A stretch of 62,396 bases of DNA, counting the filler, from Chiloscyllium plagiosum (lineage: Eukaryota), in the NCBI RefSeq assembly GCF_004010195.1. It is 3 parts of one record of this genome, joined end to end, with 100 filler letters (N's around TTAATTAATTAA, not from the genome) between each part and the next. Parts side by side here need not be neighbours in the genome. Positions count along the whole stretch, not along the records: positions 27,034 to 56,256 come from NC_057710.1; 2 more parts are not named here. One strand, written 5' to 3'. Positions 36,301 to 50,143 of the stretch are shown in pieces. Position numbers and translations under genes: made by a program. How positions within the stretch are numbered: position 1 is the stretch's first letter; every line of letters starts with the position of its first letter. The notes beneath the pieces are model-generated. The model did no database searches. It saw only the letters and a list, made by a program, of their open reading frames with translations, and was not told the DNA's origin.

Positions 36301-36515
36301 TGAAAATGTGTTGCTGGAAAAGCGCAGCAGGTCAGGCAGCATCCAAGGAACAGGAGAATCGACGTTTCAGGCATAAGCCCTTCTTCAGGAAAGGGCTTAT
36401 GCCCGAAACGTCGATTCTCCTGTTCCTTGGATGCTGCCTGACCTGCTGCGCTTTTCCAGCAACACATTTTCAGCTCTGATCTCCAGCATCTGCAGTCCTC
36501 ACATTCTCCTCGAGA
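36301..36515. mobile_element. Young palindromic PLE family B element
   Basis: Near-perfect inverted arms of about 80 bp. 10-bp target duplication GGTTATGGGT at 36291-36300 and 36516-36525. Confidence 0.88.
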
Positions 36516-36723
36516 GGTTATGGGTGTCTGTGAGAGAGTGTGTGTATGTGTGTGAGTGTAAAGTCTGTGAGAGCATGCGTATGTGAGTGTGGGAGTGTAT
36601 GAGAGAGGGTCTGCGTGAGTGTATATGTCAGTGGGAATGTGTGTATGTGCGTGTGTCCAGGAGCGTGTGTGTGTCTAGGAGTGTGTGTGTGTGTGCACGT
36701 GCAGTCGTCTAGGAGTGTGTGTG

Positions 36724-39720
36724 TAGAGTCATGGAGAAAAATAGCATGGAAACAGACCCTTCGGTCCAACCCGTCCATGCCGACCAGATATCCCAACACA
36801 ATCTAGTCCCACCTGCCAGCACCCGGCCCATATCCCTCCAAACCCTTCCTATTCATATACCCATACAAATGCCTCTTAAATGTTGCAATTGTACCAGCCT
36901 CCACCACATCATCTGGCAGCTCATTCCATACCCATACCACGCATCCAAATCATTTATGTAAATGACAAAGCATAGAGGGCTTTGTGACACTCCACTGGTT
37001 ACAGGCCTCCGGTCTGAAAAACAACCCTCCACCACCACCCTCTGTCTTCTACCTTGAGCCAGTTCTGTATCCAAATGGCTAGTTCTCCCTGTATTCCTTG
37101 AGGTCTAACCTTGCTACTCAGTCTCCCATGGGCAACCTTGTCGAACGCCTTACTGAAGTCCATATAGATCACATCTACCGCTCTGCCCTCATCAATCCTC
37201 TTTGTTACTGCTTCAAAAAATTCAATCAAGTTTGTGAGACATGATTTCCAATGCACAAAGCCATGTTGACTATCCCTAATCAGTCCTTGCCTTTCCAAAT
37301 ACATGTACATCCTGTCCCTCAGGATCCCCTCCAACAACTTGCCCACCACCGATGTCAGGCTCATCGGTCTATAGTTCCCTGGCTTGTCCTTACCGCCCTT
37401 CTTAAACAGTGGCACCACGTTAGCCAACCTCCAGTCTTCCGGCACCTTACCTGTGACTATCGATGATACAAATATCTCTGCAAGAGGCCCAGCAATCACT
37501 TCTCTAGCTTCCCACAGAGTTCTTGGGTACACCTGATCAGGTCCTGGGGATTTATCCACCTTTAACCGTTTCAAGACATCCAGCACTTCCTCCTCTGTAA
37601 TCTGGACATTTTGCAAGATGTCACCATCTATTTCCCTACAGTCTATATCTTCCATATCCTTTTCCACAGTAAATACTGATGCAAAATACTCATTTGGTAT
37701 CTTCCCCTTTTTCTGCAGCTCCACACAAAGGCTGCCTTGCTGATCTTTGAGGGGCCCTATTCTCTCCCTAGTTATCCTTTTGCCCTTAATGTATTTGTAA
37801 AAACCCTTTGGATTCTCCTTAATTCTATTTGCCAAAGCTATCTCATGTCCCCTTTTTGCCCTCCTGATTTCCCTCTTAAGAATACTCCTACTTCCTTTTT
37901 ACTCTTCTAAGGATTCACTCAATCTATCCTGTCTATACCTTACATATGCTTCCTTCTTTTTGTTAACCAAATCCTCAATTTCTTTAGTCATCCAGCATTC
38001 CCTCAACTTACCAGCCTTTCCTGGATTCTCGTTATCTCATTTCTGCAGGCTTCCCATTTTTCAGCCGTCCCTTTACCTGCGAACATTTGCCCCCAATCAG
38101 CTTTCGAAAATTGGCCTTTCTCCGATTTAGAACTTCAACTTTTAGATCTGGCCTATCCTTTTCCATCACTATTTTAAATCTAATAGAATTATGGTCACTG
38201 GCCCAAAGTGCTCCCCCACTGACACCTCAGTCACCTGCCCTGCCTTATTTCCCAAGACTAGGTCAGGTTTTGCACCTTCTCTAGTAGGTACATCCACATA
38301 GTGAATCAGAAAATTGTTTTGTACACACTTAACAAATTTGTCTCCATCTAAACCTTTAACACTATGGCAGTCCCAGTCTATGTTCGGAAAGTTAAAATCC
38401 CCTCCCATAAACACCCTTTTATTCTTACAGATAGCTGAGATCTCCTGACAAGTTTGTTTCTCAATTTCCCTCTGACTATTAGGGGGTCAATAATACAATC
38501 CCAGTAAGGTGATCATCCCTTTCTTATTTCTCAGTTCCACTCAAATAACTTCCTGGATGTATTTCCAGGAATATTCTCCCTCAGTACAGCTGTAATACTA
38601 TCTTTATCAAAAATGCCACTCCCCCTCCTCTCTTGCCTCCCTTTCTATCCTTCCTGTAGCATTTGTATCCTGGAAGATTAAGCTGCCAGTCCTGCCCATC
38701 CCTGAGCCATGTTTCTGTAATTGCTATGATATCCCAGTCCCATGTTCCCTGAGTTCATCTGCCTTCCCTCTAAGGCCCCTTGCATTGAAATAAATGCAGA
38801 TTGATTTATTAGTCCTACCTTGTCCCTGCCTGCCCTGACTGTTTGACTCACTTATGTTCTCAACTGTATCCGTCTCAGATCGATCTCTTTCCTCACTATC
38901 TCGCTGGGTCCCCCCCCCCCCCCCCCCCCCCGGACTAAGCGACACCTTCCATTTTCGGTTAGAGCAGAGCAAGGCTAAAAAACACATTTCATTCTGGTTA
39001 TTCACACGGGAAGGTGTATAATAAGATTCACACGGGACTAAGCGACACCTTCCATTTTCGGTTAGATTCACACATGTATTGGGACACAATTTTAACCCTT
39101 TCACCACATTCCACTGCTTGGCCCAATACATGTGTTGCATAATGATTCACACATGTATTGGGACATAATTTTACACCACACCACCTTACTAGTTTAAATT
39201 CTCCTGAGCAGCTCCAGCAAATCTCCCTGCTAGTATATTAGTCCCCTTCCAAATTAGGTGCAATCCGTCCTCCTTGTACAGGTCACTTCTACCCCAAAAG
39301 AGATTCCAATGGTCCAAAAATGTGAATCCTTCTCCCATACACAAGCTCCTCAGCTATGCATTCATCTGCTCTATCCTCCTATTCATGGCCTCACTAGCTC
39401 GTAGCACTGGGAGTAATCGAGCTATTACTACCCTTGAGGACCTCCTTTTTAAATTTCTACTCAACTCTCTGTAATCTCCCTTCAGAATCTCAACCTTTTC
39501 CCTTCCTATATTGTTAGTTCCAATGTGGACAATGACCTCTTGCTGATCCCTCTCCCCCGTGAGAACATCTGCACCCTCTCTGAGACATCCTTGATCCTGG
39601 CACCAGGGAAACAACACACCATTCTGCTTTTTCGTTGCTGGCAACAGAAACGTCTGTCTGTTCCTTAGACTTCAGAATCCCCTAACAGAATTGATCTCTT
39701 GAATGCCAACGTACCCAAAA
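36724..39720 (-). mobile_element. CR1 LINE, long copy with internal deletions (ORF1 esterase, ORF2 APE-RT, 3' tail)
   Basis: 278-aa ORF 36999-37835 (KSPGPD, PGNYRP, SQHGF, YMDFSKAFDKV), MGGDFNFPNIDW and VHIGTNNIG. Confidence 0.95.
38910..39175. repeat. C22 tract followed by a mosaic insertion of short direct and inverted repeats inside the CR1
   Basis: 32-bp repeat at 38932-38963 and 39035-39066. About 30-bp repeat at 39065-39094 and 39144-39173. Inverted copy at 39122-39135. Confidence 0.85.
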
Positions 39721-40884
39721 GTTGCTATTTCCTAAGAGATGTTAATCTAAAGTTCTAATGCGCCAGCAGAGTTTCATAGAAACATTGAACACAACACAAT
39801 TTCAATGGCACATTGGTATACATGGAAATAAGAGTTTCCCACAATCCTCCACCATATGAGATTAGAGCTACAAACCTCCAGGCAGACCCTGCTATTGACT
39901 TGATTGTCCACCAACCAGATTGGGGTCCGTGGACTTTCTGCCTTTCCCATCCCCTAATCTGCTGATGAAGTTAAATATATGGAACTTCAGCCCCAGGTTG
40001 ACCTCTGTTTATGATATCCCTGAGGCCAAGATAGGTTGGAGCCTACTCTTGCATCAAATCTGACGGTCAGTCGACTTCAAAGGGACAATGGCCTAGACAT
40101 TCCAATCGGGTAATGTGAATACTACAGTTGTGCTTTAGGACCTTGAGGAATCCCAGACCAGCAGACTCTGTGGGAATTGCTCTGGAAATTGAAGATTCTG
40201 ACTGGCATATCCCAGATGTGTGAAACCCTCCAAAGAAATTCCTTGATCTAGGAGAACCTAGAGCATTCTACTTCTGTTCAGCTAATAGTCACCCAGGAAA
40301 TGTTAGACAATTGAAAGTTTAGTCTAACTCCAGGGTAAACATTAAGCTGATCTCCTAATTTAGGACACAGTCCCTACTACATCTCCCCCCCAATCCTTTA
40401 TAACCCCCAAGACACTTTACAACCATCCTCCCAACCAGAAACCCCCCAAACCCCACTCCCAGACAAAGGGATGGGAATAGGACAAAGTTGCACCTCAGGA
40501 ATGCTCACTCGCTCTTTTATTGTTGGCTCACTTAGTACCTACCTGCATGCCCACAGCATCTGTGTCTTGCCTTGCTATGCTGTTCTATGCCTGCTAGCAC
40601 ATTGGCAGTTCAGCCACAGTCAAAGACTTTTTGAGCTGCTGATTTGAGATGCTCTTCAGTGCAGACTCATTGACTGATTGCTTGTCACATTTGCCAGTAT
40701 TTGAACTGCCCCATGGGCATTTCCATTTTGCTGAATGGCATTTCAAAATGTCAATCTATAGCATGTGCCCTGTGTGGTAAACACACTGCACATTCATTCA
40801 ATCAGAAGGCCGTTCAGAAACTGATGGGGTGCTAGTTCTTAGTCCAGTCAAGTGGGGGAATGTTGTCATTCAGGGGATATGTAA

Positions 40885-41010
40885 GGGAGGAGAAGGTGAG
40901 GACTGCAGATGCTGGAGGCCAGAGTTGAAAAATGTGATGCTGGAAAAACACAGCAGGCCAGGCAGCATCCGAGGAGCAGGAGAATTGACGTTTCGGGCAT
41001 AAGCCTGAAA
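40885..41010 (-). mobile_element. PLE family B terminal-repeat fragment
   Basis: Flanked by the direct repeat AGGGGATATGT. Confidence 0.75.
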
Positions 41011-41959
41011 AAGGGGATATGTCAGTCAAGATCAGTCTGCACTGAGTCCAGGGTCTTTGACACAATCAGTCATCCAGTTGGGATAGAGGATCTGTCCCAG
41101 TACAGTCTGGAATGTGATCACCAGTCATTCCTGTAGAGCCAGTACAAGCTGTCAAGGGAATTCTGACCCATCAGTCAGTCAGGGAGTTACAAAGGTGACA
41201 GTCTAGATTTGAGATGCTCCTAGAAAATGGCTGGGTCAACACCCAGGGGGCTGGAATCAGTGTCACTGATGGGTAAAAGCACAGGATCCACAATTGTTGG
41301 ATGCTACAACATGGCAGCAACAACTACATAAAATAACCATTTGCAAAGTGCAGTTACACTTAATCTGCAACCATTTCATGGATCATTTGCTGGATATGCA
41401 GCATGAAGATACTTAAGGGTCAGAAGCTGGTTTGCAATGTGCCACAGGTGATTGTAAGTTGAACTTGGGAATCTCAATGTGGAAGTTATCAGCAGTAACA
41501 ACATTGCTTGCTGAAGAGGAACCACCACTTGTCCAAACTTCCAACAGTCCTGTGTGAGCCACACACCATTGATTTCTCATCTACCATCACAATGTTCTGT
41601 CCTGAATGCAGTGCGACACTGAGTGTTTAATGGGAGTCCAGAATAGGTAGTGTGTCAGAACACTGCTTTCTCAATGACACTGAGTTACTCTCAGCCTGCT
41701 CAGTACCTTTACCAGGTTGCAGCATATGTTGAGCCTGAAGGTGGATGGATCATGGAGACATGTCCCTGGTTATCAGGGTGCATCGTGTCTCACTGCATGG
41801 GGAAGTGTGTCCAGCCTTCATCTGCAAGATATGTCATCAATAACTGTTCTGAATTCAAAGAAACCCTTTCGCTCCGTTTCAAGTCTAGGTCTTTTCCATT
41901 GAGTGTGATGGGTCGTGCTGCTATTGACATGTGGGTTGCTTCGGCTGCCTTTCCAAAAA

Positions 41960-42920
41960 ATTGAAGATGGATCCAAAAGGACAGAAGCCGACAACAACCC
42001 CTAAAGTGGCAGGAGATCAGCACTGAGGAAGAGGACCACCCAGCTCAGGGAAAGCTCATGATCCCGGGGGCCCTCAGGGGTTGAGTGAGACGCATTGACG
42101 TCACTGGCTCGGTTTGTCCTGTGACACTATGACAGAACGGTGCTGGATACGGCAGTAGAAACCAAGGGCTTCAGGCTGGGAGCCGCTGCACCCACCCCCC
42201 CCCCCCCACCCCCAACCTGCCCCTCCTGCTGGCTGTAAACGTTACTGCCCACTGAAGTTCCATGCTGCTTGCTCCTTCCAGGGAGTGATGGTTTACCTGT
42301 GTGGGATCACTCAGTTGTGCTCCCACAAATGTATCAGGACAGTGACTGATGTCATCCGTGCAATATCACACCAAGGGTCATTTGGTTCCCCATTTACGGT
42401 TGTCAGATTCAGGAACATGGCTGGGTTCTCCCATGCGGAAGGTGCCACTGATGGCATACACATGGCAGTGAGAGGGCAGTATCATAACACTGTGGAAGGG
42501 GTTCCATTTCAATAATGAACAGATGATCTTTGATCACTGGTACCACTGCATGGAGGTGTGTGCCCTCTACCCTGGGAGCTGCCGTGACTCCTACATCGCG
42601 GAGCATTCTCATGTACTGGGTATATTTGTGGCTTGAGATGCCTTACAAAGCTGGTTACTAGGTGACAAGCATGACTCGCTGTGACAGTCTGGACAGAGTG
42701 TGCCCTATTATCTTGGCAGCTGTGCTCTGCACTATTACAGCATCCAATGAGGTGATATCCCAGATACTGAAGAACTGGGCGAATGGAAAGTGTTTCCCGA
42801 GGAGGAGGGTGAGGACACTGGGGAGGAGGAAGCTGTCATTGTCCTTGAAAGAGCTCAGTTTGGTCAGGTGCTACATGCCAGACAGGATCTCATTGACAGC
42901 TGCTTCTAATAGATGAGTGT
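41960..42920 (+). mobile_element. Decayed PIF/Harbinger (HARBI1-like) DDE transposase
   Basis: Ordered remnants across frames: KFHAACSFQ, AGFSHAEGATDGIHM, KGFH, YPGSCRDSYI, WLLGDK and a C-terminal CALH-like motif. Confidence 0.75.
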
Positions 42921-45639
42921 TGGGTGCAGCAGATGATCATAGACAGTATAATAATCCTGGGTCGTGATGACCTCATTGTCATTGTAGGGGTGAAGCTCAG
43001 CCTCTGTTGGCTTCGCCTGGGTTCCCTGGGTTCAGTAATTAAAAGCTCCCATTTGTCTTTGTTTGTCTGATTGCTCACTTCTGCGTGATGTTCCCCAACT
43101 GGACAGTGGTAAGCTGTAGGTCTCCAGTGGGCATTGGGGACAGGTAGCACTGACTTAGAGAGAAAGTTTGAATGAAATGTAGCTAAGGACAGTGAAGTGT
43201 ATGGTTTTGGTGGTTAAAGAATGACTAGTGTAAGGGAATGGGGTTATATGTGCAAGAGAGTGTCAGCATTACATGCTTTGTGCTGTGGCAGTATGGCTTT
43301 GTGGCTGCTGTGCCATTATCTTGCCAGTGAGAGTCAACACTACATCACCAATGTTTATCCAGGTGGAGAGAGACCTTTTTAAAGATGGTGTGGGTGCAAG
43401 AGATGTCAGTGTTTTGACAAATATCCATTGGGTGGCAGGTTACTGTGGGAACGGCATATGGTAAGATGGATTGTAACTGGATATAAGAGATGCCATGAGG
43501 GTGGTGAGAAATCTTGCGCGGTCTCGTGGTGAAAAATCCTCAAAAACTCAATGTAATTTGGACTAGAGGATTGTTCAGCCTGAAGTATTGCAAAAAGAAT
43601 TGAACAACAGGTTAAGCGAATCATTTCATGCCGCTATGCAGTGGCTGTACGAGTTATGTTTTCCATTAATAGTGCCAATAATCCAAAACGACATTCTGCC
43701 TACCACATAATTGAACAATGCAACATATTAATTTCAGTACCAGTGCAATGCAGGCACATGAAATGTGTTATTTAGCTGATTCAGCATGTTCCTTCAGTTG
43801 TTGGTAACAGGTAGATTAGGATATTAAACCAGTCAAAAATTCAAAACAGTACATTTGCTGTTAGATGTGATTCTGAATTTGGGCAGCTCTTGAGTGTGTT
43901 AATAGTGATACTAACAATCAATTTAAGATAAACATTGGAGCCCATTTATGATATCTAGAAGTTAGCCCTCACTGAGATAGCACATTGGAAATGAAGTCCC
44001 AATATTCCCAGAGTCCTGACAAAAGTTAAAGATTTTATCAAAGTTCACTGAATTCCCCAATTTTTCTGTCTTTTAGACCCATGGTCAAAGTTTTTGGACT
44101 TAGCAATTACAAATAAATTGTTTTGAATTACAGGTAAACAATTATGAACTATGACTACCAGATAAAAGTCTAACACCATTCTTAACTCTCCCTACACAAA
44201 CATACAGCCAGACAGAGACAATAAAAAAAATTGGTGTTATAGGTGGAGGAAAGGACGAAGAAGGCAGTTCAGTGGTCCCTCTCCTCGGGTTTGCTGAGGT
44301 GAACACTGCTGCTTAGTCTTCCTTCTCCAGTTGCCTTTATTTGACATGCAGGATGTCTGGTTCACATTTGTAAAGGTCTTTGACTCATCAATTAAAAGGC
44401 ATAGCATACAGCATTGAGAAAGGGAAATAAATTGGCTGTCTTTTTTTACTGCAGAGCAAAAACAGTTCCTTCTCCTCTAGAGATCTAGTCGTTTCTCACA
44501 CTTCCCAAGTTGTTCAGGTATTTGGATAGTTGTTGGCAGGTAGAAGGCCTTTATTATTGGTAACCAGTCATTGGCTCACAGATCAATCAGCTATTTCTTG
44601 CTCGCCAAATTTGCATTTGTACACACACCATGGGTCCAGCTCAACTACAAGCTAGGTTTGCACTATTGCTTAAAAAACAGCTCTGTAAACAATGCATACA
44701 ATGAGTGTCCGGCTACTTGCTTTTAGAAAGTGTTTCAATCCTACAATAATCCTTGGTTTTAAAAACAGTTCATTGCCATTTTGGTCCACAATCAAAAATA
44801 GAGAAATGAAAAGACAGTTTTTACAGAAGGAACCTGTGCTATTCAAACAAAAAGGAACATGTTCAAGCCTGGTACCTTTTTGAGTTTCCCAGGAGATTGC
44901 GGAACCTATTGATCCCTATCGGAGTTTACTTGCCAACCAGTAAGTGTCCTTTTCTCCCACAGTGTAAATTGTTGTGGTTATTTGAAATTTGATTTCTGTG
45001 AGTTTACCCTGCTGAGCACAAGATGTAAAGCTTTGGTCACAGGTATCCTTTTCAACAATATTCAAGTTATAAATGTGAGGGTCATTGGATAAATTTGGTT
45101 CTTTTAGTTTATGGATCTCCATAGAAATTGTAACACCACTATGGGATAATACTCAACATTCCTGCAGTTGAGATGAATCAACAACCCCGGGTACATCAGC
45201 AACCCTACAGCTTTTCAGTTTGACTCTATAAAACCTCATTTGTAAACTTGTACCAGATTTGTTAATATGCAGCAGTGGTGTAAATTATTTTTGGTAACGA
45301 AAATCTGCTGGATTAATTCCCTAGTTTTTTTTTGTGTATTTAGTAAACTTTATTGGTATCTTGTAGCATTTAATAAGAATGTTTGTTTGCTTATTTCCTT
45401 CCTATGCAAAAATAAGGAGAATTTGAAAAGTTTTTTTAAAATTAACTCAGCTACTAACAGTTCAGTAACTCAGTTACTCAGCACTAACAGTGGCTGTTGA
45501 ATACAACAATTTGAAATGTTACATTGCTCAGATACTGAGTAAACAAGATACATAATTTTAGAATGTCTGTGGAATCTTATCTGTATAATTTTCTGAAGGC
45601 AATTACTTTGGTTGAAAGCTCTGTGTTGTTTGCTTCTAG

Positions 45640-45764
45640 GAAAGGCACACTTCTCTTAAATAATGGATTCGCAATCCTTGCTGCTTTATTGATGTCCTTG
45701 AGTGAAACTGCTGGCTTCTTCGAAATGCTGATTGTGGGGCGTTTTATTATTGGAGTGAATGGAG
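45640..45764 (+). CDS. SLC2A9: GLUT9-like transporter, internal exon (125 bp; TM3-TM4)
   Basis: TGCTTCTAG| (R)[41 protein letters not shown](G) |GTGGGA. Phases 2 and 1 fit the flanking exons and complete the GRK motif. Confidence 0.92.
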
Positions 45765-46222
45765 GTGGGAATATTTAAGTCCTATTGAGTTGATCTGTTT
45801 CGTTAAGTCTTGAGTTGCAGAAGTGTGTTTGTTTCTGAATCCCCAGGGAACGGAGCATTTTCAGGTTTTTTCTCAGGTGCCTGAGATGCTTACGACTGGT
45901 GACTGCTGGAATATTAGATATACTGGAATGTACATCTGATGAAGAATATATGCCAGTCTCTACTGTTGAAATGAACAGTGCACATGCGTGCAGCACTTCA
46001 CTCGAAAGCAATGAAATGATAGCTACCAGAAATTTGAAACTATTTTCAGAATACAGGTTAAACCGAATTTACCTCTGCAAAATTGGATTTTGATAACAAT
46101 AAGTTATCTTGCTAAATTATAAACAAAAATCTTTCAATATGTGGAGTTTTAGAACCAGTTATCAAATCAATCTTCTAACCCTTCTGATTTCCTCTAAAAT
46201 GAATAGGGTGTATTCTGACATC

Positions 46223-46352
46223 AGGAGAAAGTGAGGACTGCAGGTGCTGGAGATCAGAGTCGAGAGTGTGGTGCTGGAAAAGCACAGCAGGTCAGGCAGC
46301 ATCCGAGAGCAGGAGAATTGACATTTTGGGCATAAGCCCTTCATCAGGAAAG
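46223..46352 (-). mobile_element. PLE family B terminal-repeat fragment
   Basis: Flanked by TATTCT(G/A)ACATCAG direct repeats. Confidence 0.78.
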
Positions 46353-46384
46353 GGCTCTATTCTAACATCAGTATTCCATGTGTG

Positions 46385-47625
46385 ATCTAACCAAACTTGG
46401 ATACAACTGAAGCAAGACCTCATCCCTCCTGTATCCAAATCCTCTTATAATGAAAGCTAGCATTCCATTAGCCTTCCTAATAGCTTGCTGCATCTGAATG
46501 TTAGCCTTCAGAGACTTATCGCTCAGGGCACCCATTTGTACACTTAACTTTCCAATATCTTACCTTTTAAAAAATTACCCCTGTACATCTGTTCTTCCTA
46601 CCAAAGTGCATAAATTTACATATGTACACATTGTACTTGCCCACTTACTAAGCCTGTGCAAATCCTCTTGAAATAATTGTATATCTTCTTCACAGCATAC
46701 ATTCTTGTTTAGGTTTGCACCATCTGTAAATTTGGAAATATTACATTTCTTACCCACCTCCAAATCATTGATATATACCATGAACAACTGGTGCCCAAGT
46801 ACAATCCTTGTAGTATTCCATTAGTCAGAGCTTGCCAATGTGAGAATGATCCAGTTATTCCTACTCTCTGTTTTCTCTCTGTTAGCTAATCATTAATCAT
46901 GACAGTCCATTACCTCCGAGCCCATGTGCTTTAATTTTTCTAACCAATATCCTGTGGAGGATCTTTAAAATATATCAAACGCCTTCTGAAAATCCAAGAC
47001 TACTATGTTCATCCACTCCCCTTCAACATTTTTCTTGGTAACATCTTAAAAACTCTTCAAGTTTGTCAAACACAATTGACCATTTGTATTCCATGTTGAC
47101 CAAGTCCAATTAGATCATTATTATTCAAGATATCTATTTATCACATATTTTATAATAGATTCTTTAATATTTCTGTATTTCTGATATACAGATGATATGT
47201 CTTTAGTACATTGTTTTCTCACTTGCTCCCTTCATAAATATTAGGGTGACATTTGCAAGCTTCCAATCTATAGAAATCAGTCCAGAATCTAAGGAATTTT
47301 GAAACATGACTACCAATGCATCTATTACCTCTATATCCATCTCCTTCAACACTCTGGGAGGTAGAACATCAGGTCCCAGGGACTAAATAAGTTTCAGCCC
47401 CATTCATTTCTCCATGACAACTTGTTTACTTATATCAATTCCTCCCTAGTCACTTAGATTGCTAATTTTGGGAGATTTCTTGCATCTTCTTCAGTGAAAA
47501 CTGACATAAAAATATTGTTTAGTTTTTCTGCCATTTCTCTATTTCCCATGATAAATTCAGTTGACTCTGCTTGAAATGGATCCATGTTCGGTTGAGCCAA
47601 ACATTTCCATTTTACATATAGATGC
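46385..47625 (-). mobile_element. Old CR1 ORF2 fragment
   Basis: FMVYINDLEVG...ISKFTDG and QLFQEDLHRLSKWA. Confidence 0.75.
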
Positions 47626-49049
47626 TTTTAGAGTCCATCTCAACAATTCCGTCTGATTTGGTGGCCGTGGTGGATGTTGTCTGTGCATGCAGAGATGCTG
47701 ACGTCACTGCGCATGGAATACAGTGGTATCAGAGACACAGGCACAGGCACTTCTGCAGCTTATTGCGACCAGCTGCTTTGCCATCTTGTATTTTAGATGA
47801 TGATTAGAAATCTAGGGCATGAACTGGAAGTTTCTCTTGTAAGGCCTGTCCTCTGTCTTCCAACCAGGTGAGGCTGTACCAGGGTCAACATTTTTTTCAA
47901 AGAGTTCTTTTTGAAACTTTAATGCATTTTCTGTATTTGGAGTAATCACTCTGCTTCCAATGTACGTGCATCCATATATAATCTGATGTCATTGTTTGCT
48001 GACTCCATATAATGTCCCTGGGTCCTTTCGATTAACGAGATGCAGTTTTCATTTAACATGAAGCTATGACATCTCAATCATTGACCCTTTCCTGTGAATG
48101 GCATTATTTTATCAAAATTTGGAATGCTTAATATAACATTAATAAGCCCCTAATGAAAAAGCATTCAAGCAGAGTAAAAATTCTGAATGAGACGTTAGAT
48201 AATAGAGTTTGAATTTAAGACATTAATATCATCTTTCAATTTAGATGATAATTACAGTATAAACAATCCAAGGTTTCCACAGTAAGGTTCTCTTGTAAGG
48301 CCTCTCCTGTTTCATACAGACAGCTGGGACTGTGATAGTGGTCAAAATACTTATTTTACAGAGCTCCTGTTGAAAAATGCCTCGCTTAATTTTGCCAGGC
48401 ACTGTCTTTCCTTTTGGTTTTTATTTACTACCTTTTGAATTCCAGCGGCTGTGTTTTGGTTCCCTTCTCATGTAAGAAGTTCAGCACACTCTTTTCCTTT
48501 AGCTTCTTGTTTTTTTTATTCTAATTTCCCATTTTAAATATAATTTCCAATTTCTAATCATAAGCTAGATTCGGACTTAACTCAATCCAACAAATTGACA
48601 CAATGAAACAGATATCAGATAGGCAGAAGATGTGGATTATGTAGGTTAGTGATAGAGCAAATGGATTTTCATTTAATTGGTCTTGGTATATGTATCACGT
48701 CTCCCCTGGAGACTCCAGTGTGGATGATGCCACCTTGTATCACTCCTGAAGATTGAATCGAGCAATGGCAGTCAACAGAGCGCTGCAGAAAATGAAGTTT
48801 GGGAAATTGAATCTGTGATCCGAAATACAATAAGTGTAAGCTAGCAGGGATACATTCAGTCACAAGTGCAATAAAATAATTGTCCAGTAGCTTTCCCAAT
48901 GATTCTACAAATTGTTGTACAATTATATCATAATATAAACAGATGTAAAGTACTTCTGAGAGTGACTTGTCAGTGTTTGAGATTCTTCCTCAGCCTCCTG
49001 TTTGTATTGTTTATTTGCATGCTGTAATTTTTTCAGCATCAGCTTCAGG

Positions 49050-49555
49050 GAGGTGATTGAAATAATTAACAGCATTGATAGGATAAATAAGGAAAAGCAT
49101 TTTCAGTGGCAGAACGATTGGTCATCAGACGGTACAGGTAATTGTAACAAAATGAGAGATGGCATTAGGAAACAGAAGTTACAGAAAAAGTTTTCATCTA
49201 GAAGGTTTAGGGAAGCAGAACAATTTCTTGCAAAAGGATATTTGAGAAGTACTTGAAAAACAAAAAAAAAAACAGAGCTACAGGGAAAGTGTAAGGGTCT
49301 AAGACTAATTAGATAGCTCCTTCAAAAATCTAGATCAGGTTTAATGGGCCAAATGGCCTCCTTCTGAGCTGTCAAGATTAGAGTGGTGCTGGAAAGCACA
49401 GCAGGACAGGCAGCATCAGGCTTTTACCCGAAACGTCGATTTTTCTGCTCCACGGATGCCGTCTGATCTGCTGTACTTTTCCAGCACCATTCTAATCTTG
49501 ACTCTAATCTACAGCATCTGCAGTACCCACTTCCTTCTGAGGTGTATCAGTCTAT
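49050..49555 (+). mobile_element. Decayed CR1 3' end with a nested palindromic PLE element (about 49373-49533)
   Basis: CR1 tail ATGGGCCAAATGGCCTCCTTCTGAG is split, with CCTTCTGAG duplicated on both sides of the insert. Confidence 0.6.
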
Positions 49556-49929
49556 AAGCCTCTTTGCTACCTTGGCTGTCTTCTTTGGTAACTTTGTAGC
49601 ATGTGATAATTCATTGTCAGAGAGATGAGCAACTCCCATCTACACCGAGGTCTGAGAGAGAGACAACAATCTGACTTTGAGTGGGGCAGTTTCGTGAAAT
49701 CTTTGGAATATAATAGCTGTGCAGAAAGGTGCTCCTCAGAAGGAAAACAAATACAGTGAACCAGTGAAGAGTTATTGTTAGTCATTGACCAGAAGTAGTG
49801 GGTTAAAGCCCTGAAGAAGCTGACTGTATTTAAGCAGGAATGTGGCAGTTCCTGGAAGAAGCTATCTGTAGTTTCAGTCTCAAAGTCGAAGGCACACGAC
49901 TTAAACATACTGAGGTGTTAAGTATAGGG

Positions 49930-50143
49930 ACACTGATTCCCTATAGTGTGGAAACAGGCCCTTCGGCCCAACAAATCCACACCGACCCTCCGAAGAGTAA
50001 CCCATCCATGACCCATTCTCCTACTAATGCACCTATCACTATGGGCAATTTAGCATGGCCAATTCACCTGACCTGCACATCTTTGGATTGTGGGAGGAAA
50101 CCGGATTACCTGGAGGAAACCCACGCAGACACGAGGAGAATGT
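49930..50143 (-). mobile_element. 5'-truncated HE1-type SINE
   Basis: GTGTGGAAACAGGCCCTTCGGCCCAAC tail and SINE core. Confidence 0.8.

Noticed and set aside
38932..39173. Repeat-spacer pattern suggesting a CRISPR-like array
   Set aside because: Vertebrate context, only two copies per unit, irregular spacing and no cas genes.
41960..42920. Domesticated HARBI1 gene
   Set aside because: Multiple frameshifts, stops and deletions indicate a dead transposon copy.
44030..45230. Possible LTR or endogenous viral fragment (similar impressions at 32650-33240 and 49560-50460)
   Set aside because: No diagnostic motif, termini or partner copy could be identified by eye, so it is left unannotated.
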